NCBI GenBank assembly: GCA_045863235.1
Contig: BTUM01000053.1
Location: forward strand, 1-55,043
Length of the DNA: 55,043 nucleotides
Reading direction: 5' to 3'
Source: Candidatus Xenobia bacterium
Lineage (GTDB): Bacteria; Vulcanimicrobiota; Xenobia; Xenobiales; QWHO01
Shown: in pieces, positions 36,482 through 46,048 of the stretch
Layout: every line of letters begins with the position of its first letter
How positions within the stretch are numbered: the first letter of the stretch is position 1
Notes under the pieces: model-generated
Seen by the model: the letters and a program-made list of their open reading frames with translations, nothing else
What the model was told of the DNA's origin: nothing
Databases searched by the model: none
Made by a program: the position numbers and the translations under genes

Positions 36482-37726
36482 TCAACCCGTTCGAAGGGCT
36501 TCCACCGGACTGAGTCGGGCAGCCTGGCGGGCCGGGTAGGCACCGGCCAGAAGGCACCCGATCACCCCAAAGCTGAGCCCCGACAGAAGGATCAGGGCTG
36601 TGGGGGCAAACAGGCGATCGTTGATCAGCACCCCGCTGGGCCCGAAGTGGGCCACCGCCCACTGGGTCAGGTATCCGCCCACCAGTCCGAGCAACAGGCC
36701 GGCCAGCGAGCCGACCAGGCCCAGAGCTCCGGCGCGGGCCAGGTAGATCCAGCGGATGTCGTTCTGGGTGGCCCCGACGGCGCGATAGAGGCCGATGAAG
36801 CGGGCCTCCTCGCGAACCTGCAAGGACAGTCCGGTCGAGATGCCGACGCCAGCGATCAGTAAGATGGCGGCCGCGAAACCCACCAGGGCGATGCGCGCCC
36901 AGATCACGCCCGTGGCGATGCGGCGGGCCATCTCCAGGCCCGGGGTGACCAGCCCCAGTTCCTCGACAGCCGCGGCCACGGCCTCCACGCGCTCGGGGGT
37001 ATCCACCTCCAGGGTGACCGAGTAGTAGGTGAGTGGCTTGCCCTCCCACTGCTCGACCACCTCCAGGGGAAGAGCCGGGCCACTGACGGCGATCTGGTCC
37101 GAGACGCCCACGATCACGCAGCGACGGCGGACAGACTGGCCGGGGCTGAAGCTCGAGGTGCCCACCAGAAGCTCGAAGTGGCGACCCACGATGGCCTCCG
37201 GGGTGAGGGTGGGCAGACCGGTGTGAATGGAGATGCCTGCATTGACGATCTCCACAGCCGCCAGTGGAAACACAGCGGTGTAAGGCTCCGTCAGCGTGGG
37301 CGCGAAGCTGCGCCCGGAGGCCACCTGGCTGGACACCAGGCCCGGATCCACGCCCTCGACGATCATGTCGGTCACGACCGACTGGCCCCCGTAGCTGGCG
37401 TAGAGCTGGCAGGGCTGGGGCAGGCGAGCCTGGCGGTAGACCGCGGTCACTCCTGGCAGGGCCCGCAACTTCTCCACCGTGGCCTGGTTGATCGAGCTTT
37501 GAAGGGCCAGCGGGCCAACCTTGAAGCTGGAAGGTTGGACCTTGATCCGATTCGGCAGCGAGCCCACCACGCGTTTTCTCAGCAACTCCTCCACCCCGCT
37601 GGCCAGGCTGAGGAAGTAGACCAGGCAGGCCACCCCCAGAGCCACGCCCAGCGCCAGAGGCCAGTTGCGCCAGGGAGATGCGCCCGCTTCGCCCAGCGCC
37701 AATCGCGTGAGGCGGGTGCGCCTCAT
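36482..37726 (-). CDS. ABC transporter permease (MacB/FtsX family)
   Basis: LALGVALGVACL N-terminal TM, periplasmic domain, FtsX-type IGLYRAVGA C-terminus; start ATG 37726. Confidence 0.85.
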   Translation of the reverse strand: MRRTRLTRLALGEAGASPWRNWPLALGVALGVACLVYFLSLASGVEELLRKRVVGSLPNRIKVQPSSFKVGPLALQSSINQATVEKLRALPGVTAVYRQARLPQPCQLYASYGGQSVVTDMIVEGVDPGLVSSQVASGRSFAPTLTEPYTAVFPLAAVEIVNAGISIHTGLPTLTPEAIVGRHFELLVGTSSFSPGQSVRRRCVIVGVSDQIAVSGPALPLEVVEQWEGKPLTYYSVTLEVDTPERVEAVAAAVEELGLVTPGLEMARRIATGVIWARIALVGFAAAILLIAGVGISTGLSLQVREEARFIGLYRAVGATQNDIRWIYLARAGALGLVGSLAGLLLGLVGGYLTQWAVAHFGPSGVLINDRLFAPTALILLSGLSFGVIGCLLAGAYPARQAARLSPVEALRTG

Positions 37727-38391
37727 CGGACGAACCTGCCGGCGGCCATCTCGACGGTGCGCTCGGCCACGTTCAGAATGGACATGTCGTGGGTCACCAC
37801 GACCAGAGTGACCTGCTCGCTCTTGTGCAACTCGGACAGGAGTTCGAGCACCACCGAGGCGGTCTCGCCGTCGAGGTGGCCGATGGGCTCGTCGGCCAGC
37901 AATATCGGGGGGCGGTTGACCAGGGCACGAGCGATGGCGACGCGCTGACGCTGGCCGCCGGAGAGTTGGGATACCGACCGGTCCTCCAGGCCTGCCAGGC
38001 CCAGGCGCTGCAACAGCTCGCGACAACGAGCCAGACCCTCAGTCATGGGTGTGGAGGTGAAGTAGAGCGGAATGGAGGTGTTCTCCAGCGCGGTTCGCGA
38101 TGGATGCAGATGAAACGATTGGAACACGAAGCCGATCTTGCTGGATCGATAAGCCGACAGCTGGCGGTCGTCGGACCGGCTGAGCTCCAGGTCACCGACC
38201 CGCACCGAGCCGGCCGTGGGGCGCTCCAGGCCTCCGATCAGGTTGAGCAGCGAGGTCTTGCCCGACCCGGAGGGGCCCACGACGGCCAGAAACTGGCCCG
38301 CCGGCACGGTCAGGTCCACTTCGTCGACCGCCCGGGCACGGGCGGCATACTCCAGCGTCGCTCCCTTGAGCTCGATCAGCGGCCGGTCCAA
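37723..38391 (-). CDS. ABC transporter ATP-binding protein (LolD/MacB-like)
   Basis: [41 protein letters not shown]; start TTG ~38391. Confidence 0.92.
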   Translation of the reverse strand: MDRPLIELKGATLEYAARARAVDEVDLTVPAGQFLAVVGPSGSGKTSLLNLIGGLERPTAGSVRVGDLELSRSDDRQLSAYRSSKIGFVFQSFHLHPSRTALENTSIPLYFTSTPMTEGLARCRELLQRLGLAGLEDRSVSQLSGGQRQRVAIARALVNRPPILLADEPIGHLDGETASVVLELLSELHKSEQVTLVVVTHDMSILNVAERTVEMAAGRFVR

Positions 38392-39425
38392 AGATACAAG
38401 AACCGGGGCGAGTCGAAGGTGACCTCGCGCAGCATCTCCTCGAGACTGGGCGGGGCCGGACGGGCGCTCATGCTGAACAGGTCGGCCAGGCTGGGCTCCT
38501 TCTTGTAGCGGACCACCTTGGCCTCGGGCGCATTGCCCAGCTCGCGGCACTTGGCAAAGGCGTCCTCTTGATAGCCGATCTGATCGACCAGCTTGACCTC
38601 CAGGGCCTGGGGCCCGGTGAAGACGCGCCCGTCGGCCAACTCTCGCACCTTCTGCTCGGGGATCTTGCCCTTGCGCCCTTCGGCCACCACGGCCACGAAG
38701 CGCTCCCACATTTCGCTGATCAGGCCCTGCAGCAGTTTTCGCTCGGCTGGCGTCATGGGCCGGTAAGGAGAGCCGATGTCCTTGAACGACTCGCTGCTGT
38801 CAGAACGCAGAGATTTGATGGTCTCGACGTCGACTCCCAGCTTGCCCATCAGCTCGCTGACCTGGAAGAACTGGGAGATGACCCCGATGGATCCGGTCAC
38901 CGTCGTAGGGTGGGCGATGATGTGGTCGCTGGCCATCGAGATGTAGTAGCCCCCGCTGGCCGAAACGTCCCCGAACAGGGCCACGATGGGCAGCCCGGTT
39001 TCCTTGCGGAAGAGCTTGAGCTCGTTGTAAATGCGATCGCTCTCGGTGACGCCCCCGCCTGGACTGTTGACCGACAGCAGGATGGCCTTGACGTTCTCGT
39101 CCTTCTTGATCTTGCGCAGTTGCGAGCGGATGGAGTCGAAGGTTCCTGGCCGGGCGGTTCCATCCACCCCATCCATGATGACTCCCTTCACCGAAAGCAT
39201 CACGATCTTGTCGTCCGCTTTGGACTCTCCGTCCACCAGCGTCTCCTGGTAGCGCGTGGAGCCGCCCAGGCCCGAGCCTGCGTCCTCTCCGGCCACGGCG
39301 ACCAGCAAGACCAGGTTCACCAGCAGGCTTCCCATCAGGAGGAGAAACATCAAGGCCGCCAGCCAGGGGAAGCCCCCTTTACGGGCCGGGGAGGCGACGG
39401 GTGGTGGGGGTGGTGGGGTCAGCAT
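38376..39425 (-). CDS. sppA: Signal peptide peptidase SppA (S49)
   Basis: [30 protein letters not shown]. Confidence 0.92.
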   Translation of the reverse strand: MLTPPPPPPVASPARKGGFPWLAALMFLLLMGSLLVNLVLLVAVAGEDAGSGLGGSTRYQETLVDGESKADDKIVMLSVKGVIMDGVDGTARPGTFDSIRSQLRKIKKDENVKAILLSVNSPGGGVTESDRIYNELKLFRKETGLPIVALFGDVSASGGYYISMASDHIIAHPTTVTGSIGVISQFFQVSELMGKLGVDVETIKSLRSDSSESFKDIGSPYRPMTPAERKLLQGLISEMWERFVAVVAEGRKGKIPEQKVRELADGRVFTGPQALEVKLVDQIGYQEDAFAKCRELGNAPEAKVVRYKKEPSLADLFSMSARPAPPSLEEMLREVTFDSPRFLYLWTGR

Positions 39426-39431
39426 CTCTCG

Positions 39432-40343
39432 CTATCCTTTGAACAACGCGGTCAGGAAGAACACCAGGTTGGCGGGCCGCTCGGCCAACCTGCGCATGAA
39501 ATAGGGATACCACTGCGAGCCGAAGGGCACGTACACGCGGACGTTGTAGCCCTCGCGACGCAACTGGACCTGGCGCTCGCGGCGAATGCCATAGAGCATC
39601 TGGAACTCGAAGCTGGCGGGGTCGATGTTGTGCTCGCGAGCATACTGGATGGTGGCCTGGATCATCTGCTCGTCGTGGGTGGCGATGGCCGGGTAGGTGC
39701 CGTGCGAGAGCAGATCCTTCATCAGGGTGACGAAGTTCTCGTTCACTTTGTTCCGGTCTTGATAGGCGATCAGGGGGGACTCGTGGTAGGCGCCTTTGCA
39801 CAGCCGGACCCGGCCCTTGATGTCGTTGGCCCGGGCCACGTCGGCCCGGGTCCGGTGCAGGTAGGACTGCAACACGACGCCCACGTTCTCGTGTCGCGAG
39901 CGCACCTTCTCGAAGATCTGCATGGTGGCTTCGGTGTAGTCGGAGCCCTCCATGTCGATGCGCACGAAGATGTTGTGGCGAGAGGCTGCGGTCAGGATGC
40001 GCTCGAGATGGGCCATGCACACTTCCTGGCCATGGTCGAGCCCGAGGGCTGTCAGCTTCAGCGAGATGTGGCTCTCCAGCCCGGCGGAGGCGATGGCCTG
40101 CACCACCTCGAGGTACTGGGTGGCTGACTCCTCGGCTCCCTCCAGAGTGTCGGCGTTCTCGCCCAGGAAGTCGAGCGTCACCATCAGATCCTCGGCCCGC
40201 AGCGAGCGCACCGCGTTCAGCGCGTCCTCGAGCCCCTCGCCTGCCACGAAGCGCCGGGCCACCCGACGGGCCAGGGGGAACCTTACCATCATGCTCTTGA
40301 GCCAGCGACTGGAGGCCAGGGCCAGCAGGATTGGTCGTAACAT
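39432..40343 (-). CDS. Monofunctional proline dehydrogenase
   Basis: RFVAGE, SLKLTALG, RIDME, RLCKGAY, ATHD, FQMLYG, YFMRRLAERPAN; start ATG 40343. Confidence 0.93.
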   Translation of the reverse strand: MLRPILLALASSRWLKSMMVRFPLARRVARRFVAGEGLEDALNAVRSLRAEDLMVTLDFLGENADTLEGAEESATQYLEVVQAIASAGLESHISLKLTALGLDHGQEVCMAHLERILTAASRHNIFVRIDMEGSDYTEATMQIFEKVRSRHENVGVVLQSYLHRTRADVARANDIKGRVRLCKGAYHESPLIAYQDRNKVNENFVTLMKDLLSHGTYPAIATHDEQMIQATIQYAREHNIDPASFEFQMLYGIRRERQVQLRREGYNVRVYVPFGSQWYPYFMRRLAERPANLVFFLTALFKG

Positions 40344-40443
40344 CGTCGTTTCGTCCGTTAAAAAATTGGGCGGCAGCTTTCTTGCTCGGGCCGCCAGTCC
40401 CTGCCTGCAGGAGCCAGCTTGCGGCTCCGTCAAAGCCTGACGG

Positions 40444-40746
40444 ATGTCCGAACGCCTCTACTTCCGCACCCGACAGTGGGTCCCGGTCAGCAACACCGAG
40501 GTGGTCACGCTCTACGAGACCGACCTCGAGCACCGGGTGCTTCGCTACCTGGTCGAAGGAGGAGGGCAAACCGACCTTTTTCGCGGCCCGAGCTACCGTC
40601 TGGAGCCGTCCTCGGCCCTCGAGCCCTGCCCGGCCGAGGATTTTCTCAGCCGCTGGAGCCCCGACCGTTCCCCCTCGCGGACCGCCCTGCCCGATCTGGT
40701 AGACCAGGAGGGCGACGGTCCCTCCGAAGAAGTCATGCCTTCGTGA
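40444..40746 (+). CDS. Hypothetical protein
   Basis: 100-aa ORF overlapping the next gene's start (GTGA). Confidence 0.55.
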   Translation: MSERLYFRTRQWVPVSNTEVVTLYETDLEHRVLRYLVEGGGQTDLFRGPSYRLEPSSALEPCPAEDFLSRWSPDRSPSRTALPDLVDQEGDGPSEEVMPS

Positions 40747-41537
40747 GCGATTCGAGGCGACGGTGGATCTGCGTGGGGGAGGAGCCAGCGGTGCGCCTGG
40801 CTGCGCTCGACTACGGTCCGCGCGATGCTCCCACTTTGTTCTTTCTTCACGGCGGCGCCGGTAGGGCGACCCAGTGGCGCCACCAGATGGACTACTTCTC
40901 CAGCCGCTTTCGGGTCATCAGCTATGACTTCCGGGGCCACGGCGAGAGCGAGATCGCTCCCACCGGCTACACCTTCGACCTGATGGTGCGAGATTTCGAG
41001 CTGGCCCTGGAGGCCCTGGAGGTGCCCTCGCGCTTTGCGCTGATCTCCCACTCCTTTGGCGGGGCGGTGGCGGCCGGCTATGCCGCCAAGCGGCCCGAGC
41101 GGCTCGAGCGGCTGGCGCTGGTGGCCACCGCCGGCGAGATCCCCCTCTCGCCCCTGACCTCGGTTCTGCTCAAGTGTCCCGTGGTCATGCTGGAAGCCGT
41201 GCGCAAGGTGTTCAAGAACCAGATCAACTGCCCGCCCGGAGTGCTCAAGCAGCTGGTTCCCAACCTCATGCGCTGGCGCGGCTGGGACCTCTACGCCAGC
41301 ATCAACGTGCCCACCCTGGTTCTGTCGGGAGAGCTGGACATGCTGACCCGGCCCCGGGCCATGCGCCGGATGGCTGACCTGATTCCCCATTGTGAGTTCG
41401 TCAGTCTGCCCTTTTGCGGGCACCTGCCCCAGCTCGAGCGTCCGGCCGCGGTCAACCGCATTCTGGAGCGATTCGTGGAGCCGGAGCGAAAGCGCACCTG
41501 GAGGGGCACGCTGGACGCGCCCGAGGGGGCTGCTTGA
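40743..41537 (+). CDS. Alpha/beta hydrolase
   Basis: FLHGG, DFRGHGES, SHSFGG nucleophile elbow, GELD, GHLPQLE. Confidence 0.9.
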   Translation: MSDSRRRWICVGEEPAVRLAALDYGPRDAPTLFFLHGGAGRATQWRHQMDYFSSRFRVISYDFRGHGESEIAPTGYTFDLMVRDFELALEALEVPSRFALISHSFGGAVAAGYAAKRPERLERLALVATAGEIPLSPLTSVLLKCPVVMLEAVRKVFKNQINCPPGVLKQLVPNLMRWRGWDLYASINVPTLVLSGELDMLTRPRAMRRMADLIPHCEFVSLPFCGHLPQLERPAAVNRILERFVEPERKRTWRGTLDAPEGAA

Positions 41538-43183
41538 CCGACTGGGCCCGCCACTACGACGAAGGGGTCCCTTCCCAGCTGACCTTCACCCCTCGCCCGC
41601 TCACCGAGCTTCTGGCCGAGTCTTCCCGTCGCTGGCCCCGTCGCGCGGCCATCTGGTCCGAGCAAGGGGCCCTGAGCTATGAGCAGCTCCTGGCCGAGGT
41701 GCGCAAGTTCGCCTCTGCGCTCGTCAGCATCGGCCTGGCGCCGGGAGAGCGGGTGGCCCAGCTTCTGCCCAACTCGCCCCAGGCGCTGGTGGCTCTCTAC
41801 GGCACCCTGTGGGCAGGAGGGGTGGCCACGCTGGTGGCTCCCGAGACGCCCATCGCGCTGCTCGAGCGCCAGCTCAAGGACGCTCGCCCCCGGGTCGGGG
41901 TGGTCCCCTCGCCGCTCTCGCTCGAGCTCGAGGAGGTGCTGCGCCGGGCCAACATCGAGTCCTTCATCCTCAGCTCGGGCCGCGAGTACACCCGTTACCT
42001 GCGGGGCTGGCTTCGGGTGGCGGCCCGGCTGGCCGCCGGTCGACCCGAGCGGCGCTACCTTCGCTGGCGCCGACTGATGCGCGAGGCGAACGAGACGTTC
42101 CCGCGCGTCGACGTCGATCCTGCGGCCCCGGCGGTGATCGTCTACACCGGTGGCACCACCGGCTCGCCCCGGGGCGTGGTGCTCTCGCACCGGGCCCTGG
42201 TGGCCAACACCGAGCAACTGTCCGCCTGGGACGCTCGGCTGCGTCCGGGTCAGGAGCGCTTGCTCTGCGCGCTGCCCTTCTACCACGCCTACGGTTTGTC
42301 GGCGGCGGTGAATTTGTCCATGGCCAACGGGGGCACCTTGCTGCTTCCCCCCGAGCCCACTCCCGACTCGATCCTCGAGACCATCTCCCGCTTTCGCCCC
42401 TCCCTCTTTCCCGGCGTGCCGGTGCTCTACGCCGCCTTGCTCAATACCCCACGGCTGCGCTCCTATGGTCTGAGCAGCATCCGAGCCTGCATTTCCGGAG
42501 CCGCGCCTCTGCCGGTGGAGATCCAGGAGAGCTTTGAAAAGGTGAGCAAGGGTCGGCTGGTCGAGGGCTACGGGCTGACGGAGGCGGGCCCGGTGACCCA
42601 CGCCAACCCGCTGGAAGGTCCACGCCGAAGCGGCTCCATCGGCCTGCCTCTGCCTGGCACCGAAGCCCTGGTGGTGGATCTCGAGAGCGGGGAAGAGTTG
42701 CCTCACGGAGAGGTGGGCGAGCTGCTCGTGCGGGGTCCTCAACTCATGGATGGTTACTTTGAGGCTCCCGAGGCGACCGCCAGGGTGCTTCGGGGCGGCT
42801 GGCTGCACACGGGGGATATGGCCCAGCGCAATCAAGATGGATTCTTCTACCTGATCAACCGGCGCGGAGACGTCTTGCGCCGCGACGATCGCCTGGTGTT
42901 CCCGCGCGACGTCGAGGAGGTCATCTACGAGCACCCGGCCGTGCAGGATGCCGCCGTGGTGGGCTGGCCCGCGGCCGGAGAGGGGCCCGGCCCCCACCCC
43001 TGCCAGGAGCTGCGCGGCTTTGTCTGTCTGCGGCCCCAGCGCCAGGCCTCGGGGGAGGAGATCCGGTCGTTTTGCGAGCGCCGCCTGCCCGCCTCGATGG
43101 TGCCCGCCAGGGTTGAGATTCTGGCCCAGCTTCCCCGGACGCGGCTGGGGAAATTGTTAAGGCGAGAACTCGGACGTTCATAA
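41534..43183 (+). CDS. Long-chain fatty acid--CoA ligase (AMP-binding)
   Basis: YTGGTTGSPRG, EGYGLTE, WLHTGD, LPRTRLGK. Confidence 0.9.
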   Translation: MTDWARHYDEGVPSQLTFTPRPLTELLAESSRRWPRRAAIWSEQGALSYEQLLAEVRKFASALVSIGLAPGERVAQLLPNSPQALVALYGTLWAGGVATLVAPETPIALLERQLKDARPRVGVVPSPLSLELEEVLRRANIESFILSSGREYTRYLRGWLRVAARLAAGRPERRYLRWRRLMREANETFPRVDVDPAAPAVIVYTGGTTGSPRGVVLSHRALVANTEQLSAWDARLRPGQERLLCALPFYHAYGLSAAVNLSMANGGTLLLPPEPTPDSILETISRFRPSLFPGVPVLYAALLNTPRLRSYGLSSIRACISGAAPLPVEIQESFEKVSKGRLVEGYGLTEAGPVTHANPLEGPRRSGSIGLPLPGTEALVVDLESGEELPHGEVGELLVRGPQLMDGYFEAPEATARVLRGGWLHTGDMAQRNQDGFFYLINRRGDVLRRDDRLVFPRDVEEVIYEHPAVQDAAVVGWPAAGEGPGPHPCQELRGFVCLRPQRQASGEEIRSFCERRLPASMVPARVEILAQLPRTRLGKLLRRELGRS

Positions 43184-43282
43184 ATCGGCAACAGATTTCA
43201 AGATCTGCTAATGTCCAGTTCACGACCTCTCAGCCCTGTGGTGGGATAGAATCCTCAGAGAAGCGAGCGGAGGAACCCACTG

Positions 43283-43990
43283 ATGGAAATTCAACCCACC
43301 CAGGCTGTCACCAGCTCCCTGACCTTCCCCCAGGTTTTCAACGGCTCGATCACGCCGGCCGCCGCGTTGACGGTCGAAGCCTCGCCCTGGAGGACTCCCG
43401 AGCGCTCGCTGGCCAACGAGAATCTCCATCAGTTCTGGAGTGAGCTGTCTTTGGAGCAGCCGGTGCTGCCTTTTTTCGGGCGCTTCCTGCAGGGGGCCGG
43501 CGTCCCGGGCGCGGGCGGGACCCATGCCGAGGGGGAGGGGGACCATCGCCCGGCTCCCGTGACGGAAGGCAATACCGGGGACGCTAGCGGCCCGGCGCGG
43601 CCCCCCGCTTTGACGACGGCGGTGGGGGAGGGGGACCAGCAGACCCCCCCCGTTCTCGCCGGGAACAGTGGTGACGCCAGTCTCGGCTCCGCGCCGCGCT
43701 CGTTCTCGATGGCCAAGCACGAGACCGATCGAGATGAGCCGGCTGTGGTGGCTCAACCTGTGGTTGCGCCTGGCGGGGTCTGGCCCCGCTCGGCCAGCCA
43801 GGCCAAGCACGAGACCGATCGGGACGAGCCAGCCGTGGTCGCTCAGCCCGTCGTGGCGTCGGGCGGGGTCTGGCCCCGCTCAGCCAGCCAGGCCAAGCAC
43901 GAGACCGATCGAGACGAGGCTCCGGTCCAGGGCCAGCTGGGCCAGGCGGGCAACCAGGCGGCCTTCTTCAATCGCTTTCTGAAAGCTTGA
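43283..43990 (+). CDS. Putative graspetide (microviridin-class) multi-core RiPP precursor
   Basis: Leader-like PFFGRFL (43469-43489; cf. microviridin PFFARFL); three (S)xAKHETDRDE repeats; overlaps the ATP-grasp ligase start; SD GGAGG. Confidence 0.8.
   Translation: MEIQPTQAVTSSLTFPQVFNGSITPAAALTVEASPWRTPERSLANENLHQFWSELSLEQPVLPFFGRFLQGAGVPGAGGTHAEGEGDHRPAPVTEGNTGDASGPARPPALTTAVGEGDQQTPPVLAGNSGDASLGSAPRSFSMAKHETDRDEPAVVAQPVVAPGGVWPRSASQAKHETDRDEPAVVAQPVVASGGVWPRSASQAKHETDRDEAPVQGQLGQAGNQAAFFNRFLKA
43694..43918 (+). repeat. 90-bp intragenic tandem repeat (30 aa) carrying AKHETDRDE
   Basis: gccaagcacgagaccgatcg at 43712, 43802 and 43892. Confidence 0.92.
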
Positions 43991-44943
43991 GCATCCTGAT
44001 CGTCACCTACTCCGAGGACCACGAGGGGATCGACCTGGTGGCCTCGGAGCTGGTTCGTCTGGGGCACGAGGTGATGCGTCTGGACACCGACCGTTACCCC
44101 CAGGAGGTGACCGTGAGCACTCGGTACGAGGGCTCCTCCCGACGCCGTCTGGTTCGGGTCGGCCACGAGACGATCTCCCTGGAGGACTGCACGGCCGTCT
44201 GGTACCGGCGCTTTCGAGCCGGCGAGAAGCTGTTCGAGGCAGGGCTGGGTGATCAGCTGGATGGGGCCTATAAGGAATCCCGCCAGACCCTCTGGGGCAC
44301 CATCGCCAGCCTGCCCGTCAAGCAGATGAATCCCTGGCAGGCCGTGCGCCTGGCCGACTTCAAGGAGGTCCAGACCGACTGGGCGCTGGATGAAGGCTTG
44401 AAAATGCCGCGCACCCTCTTCAGCAACGATCCCGCGCAGGTGCGCGACTTCTACGCCGACCTGGGCGGCCGGATGGTCGCCAAGATGCAGTCCAACTTCA
44501 CGGTCGTTCGCCAGGGCGATCATCAGGTGGTCTACACCAGCCCCGTGACGGCGGAGGATCTGGCCAGCCTGGACGGCCTTCGCTATGCTCCCATGATCTT
44601 TCAAGAGCAGGTGGACAAGAGGCTCGACGCCCGGGTCATCGTAATCGGAGACGAGCTCTACGGGGCCTGCGTCGATCCGGGGGACGAGCTGGACTGGCGC
44701 AAGGAGGGCGAGACCTTGATGCCTCGCTGGACCCCCTGGGAAGTTCCTCGCGAGGTTCGCGGGCCTCTGCTGGGCTTGATGGGCCGGCTGGGCCTGTGCT
44801 ACGGGGCTGCCGATTTCGTCGTTACGCCGGACGGGGAGTGCCTGTTCTTGGAGGTCAACGCCTCGGGTGAGTGGCTCTGGCTCGAGCAGCAGGCAGGCCT
44901 GCCACTCTCGGCTGCTCTGGCCCGGTTTCTGGCCGGGAGATGA
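43987..44943 (+). CDS. mvdD: MvdD/MdnC-like ATP-grasp RiPP maturase
   Basis: ILIVTYSED...RLDTDRYP, AVWYRR, PRTLFSNDP, KMQSNF...VVYTSPV, PMIFQE, DWRKEG, LCYGAADF, FLEVN.GEWLWLE; collinear with the microviridin ester-forming ligase MdnC as I recall it. Confidence 0.88.
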   Translation: MSILIVTYSEDHEGIDLVASELVRLGHEVMRLDTDRYPQEVTVSTRYEGSSRRRLVRVGHETISLEDCTAVWYRRFRAGEKLFEAGLGDQLDGAYKESRQTLWGTIASLPVKQMNPWQAVRLADFKEVQTDWALDEGLKMPRTLFSNDPAQVRDFYADLGGRMVAKMQSNFTVVRQGDHQVVYTSPVTAEDLASLDGLRYAPMIFQEQVDKRLDARVIVIGDELYGACVDPGDELDWRKEGETLMPRWTPWEVPREVRGPLLGLMGRLGLCYGAADFVVTPDGECLFLEVNASGEWLWLEQQAGLPLSAALARFLAGR

Positions 44944-45128
44944 GCTGAGGATTCTCTCCACGGAATGCCGTGCGCGGTCTCTATCTGGAAGGCGCTGGCA
45001 GGACCCTCCTCGTTTTCTGTCCCCCCGGCCTCCAAAGATTTTCCAAGGACGCTCCCGCTAAGCTGAGGTCGCGTCGGTGGCCGTTCGGACGATGGCCCGG
45101 TAGCAGGTGTGCAGGGAGGAACCAGGCG

Positions 45129-45701
45129 ATGATGGGTGGCGCAAGTGCGACGGGAATAGCCCAGCTGGCATTGACCGAGCAGCGCTCGGCGGTCTTGCTC
45201 CAGGGAGTCCAGTCGGGCCAGATCAACGCGGACGAGTTTCGTGAATTGCAGATGTTGATCAACCGGCAGGCCGAGGCGGGTGGCAAAGGCGTCGAGTTGT
45301 CGGGCGAGTACCCGGACAGCACAATTGGTAAGGCTTTCGCCGATCAAGCCACCACCCGTGCCATCCAGGAGGACATGGGGGAGGCTCAGGCCCAGTTCGA
45401 CCAGCTCTATCAGGAGTATACGCACGGGGACTATCACCCCTCGACCTTTCCGGAGGACGGGGTCGAAAGTCGCCAGGTGCAACAGATCGACTCGCTCTAT
45501 GAAGGCCTGAAGAACGGCTCCGTAACGGGAGACGAGGCCAGGGCGGTGCTCGGCACCCAGGTCTGGGCCAGCTTCTTCCTGGGCAAGGCCCAGTCTGACG
45601 GCCAACTGGACGAGTCCGAACGAGTGGATGTTCACGAGAGGCTCAACACGGCTGGAGCAATGCTGAACACCGCTCGCACTGGCGAGCTGCGGCTGTCATG
45701 A
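45129..45701 (+). CDS. Hypothetical protein with two helical repeats
   Basis: SD GGAGG; repeats LLQGVQSGQINADE and LYEGLKNGSVTGDE. Confidence 0.65.
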   Translation: MMGGASATGIAQLALTEQRSAVLLQGVQSGQINADEFRELQMLINRQAEAGGKGVELSGEYPDSTIGKAFADQATTRAIQEDMGEAQAQFDQLYQEYTHGDYHPSTFPEDGVESRQVQQIDSLYEGLKNGSVTGDEARAVLGTQVWASFFLGKAQSDGQLDESERVDVHERLNTAGAMLNTARTGELRLS

Positions 45702-46048
45702 CCCCGCCGCGCGGGATCACGCCGCTGCTGCAATGGCTGCTCATCGAGGTGCTCGAACGACCCCGCGCCGAGTTGATGACCCACCTCGAGGAAGTCGTGC
45801 TCCGACTCGACAGCCTGGAGGACCGACTTCCCCGGGTGGCGGGCCTGGAGGAGATCGAGTCACGCTTCCTGGAAGCCGGCGAGGCCTACCGCGAAGCCGT
45901 CTTCGCCCTGGTTGCCCAGATCGAGCACCGGGTTCAGGGGCGCTGGGCCTACGCAGCCCGCTGCGTGCGTCATGGCGCCGCGCTGCTCGAGCAGGCGGAC
46001 GCGCTCAACTACCGCCTGCGACAGCGCGTCCTGGGACGGGTCGCCTGA
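45698..46048 (+). CDS. Hypothetical helical protein
   Basis: ATGA overlap with the upstream gene; host-like codon usage. Confidence 0.6.
   Translation: MTPPRGITPLLQWLLIEVLERPRAELMTHLEEVVLRLDSLEDRLPRVAGLEEIESRFLEAGEAYREAVFALVAQIEHRVQGRWAYAARCVRHGAALLEQADALNYRLRQRVLGRVA

Noticed and set aside
36482..39425. SppA and MacB-type ABC transporter as the RiPP protease and exporter
   Set aside because: Opposite strand, in an operon with proline dehydrogenase, and not of the MdnE type.
40444..43183. Hydrolase and acyl-CoA ligase as tailoring enzymes for the graspetide
   Set aside because: Both look like ordinary lipid-metabolism genes, and the precursor has its own TAGAAT box (43247-43252) and SD. 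Only proximity supports a link.
43694..43918. 90-bp periodic repeats as CRISPR or a non-coding array
   Set aside because: The intervening sequence is also repeated, and differences are mostly synonymous, indicating a protein-level repeat.
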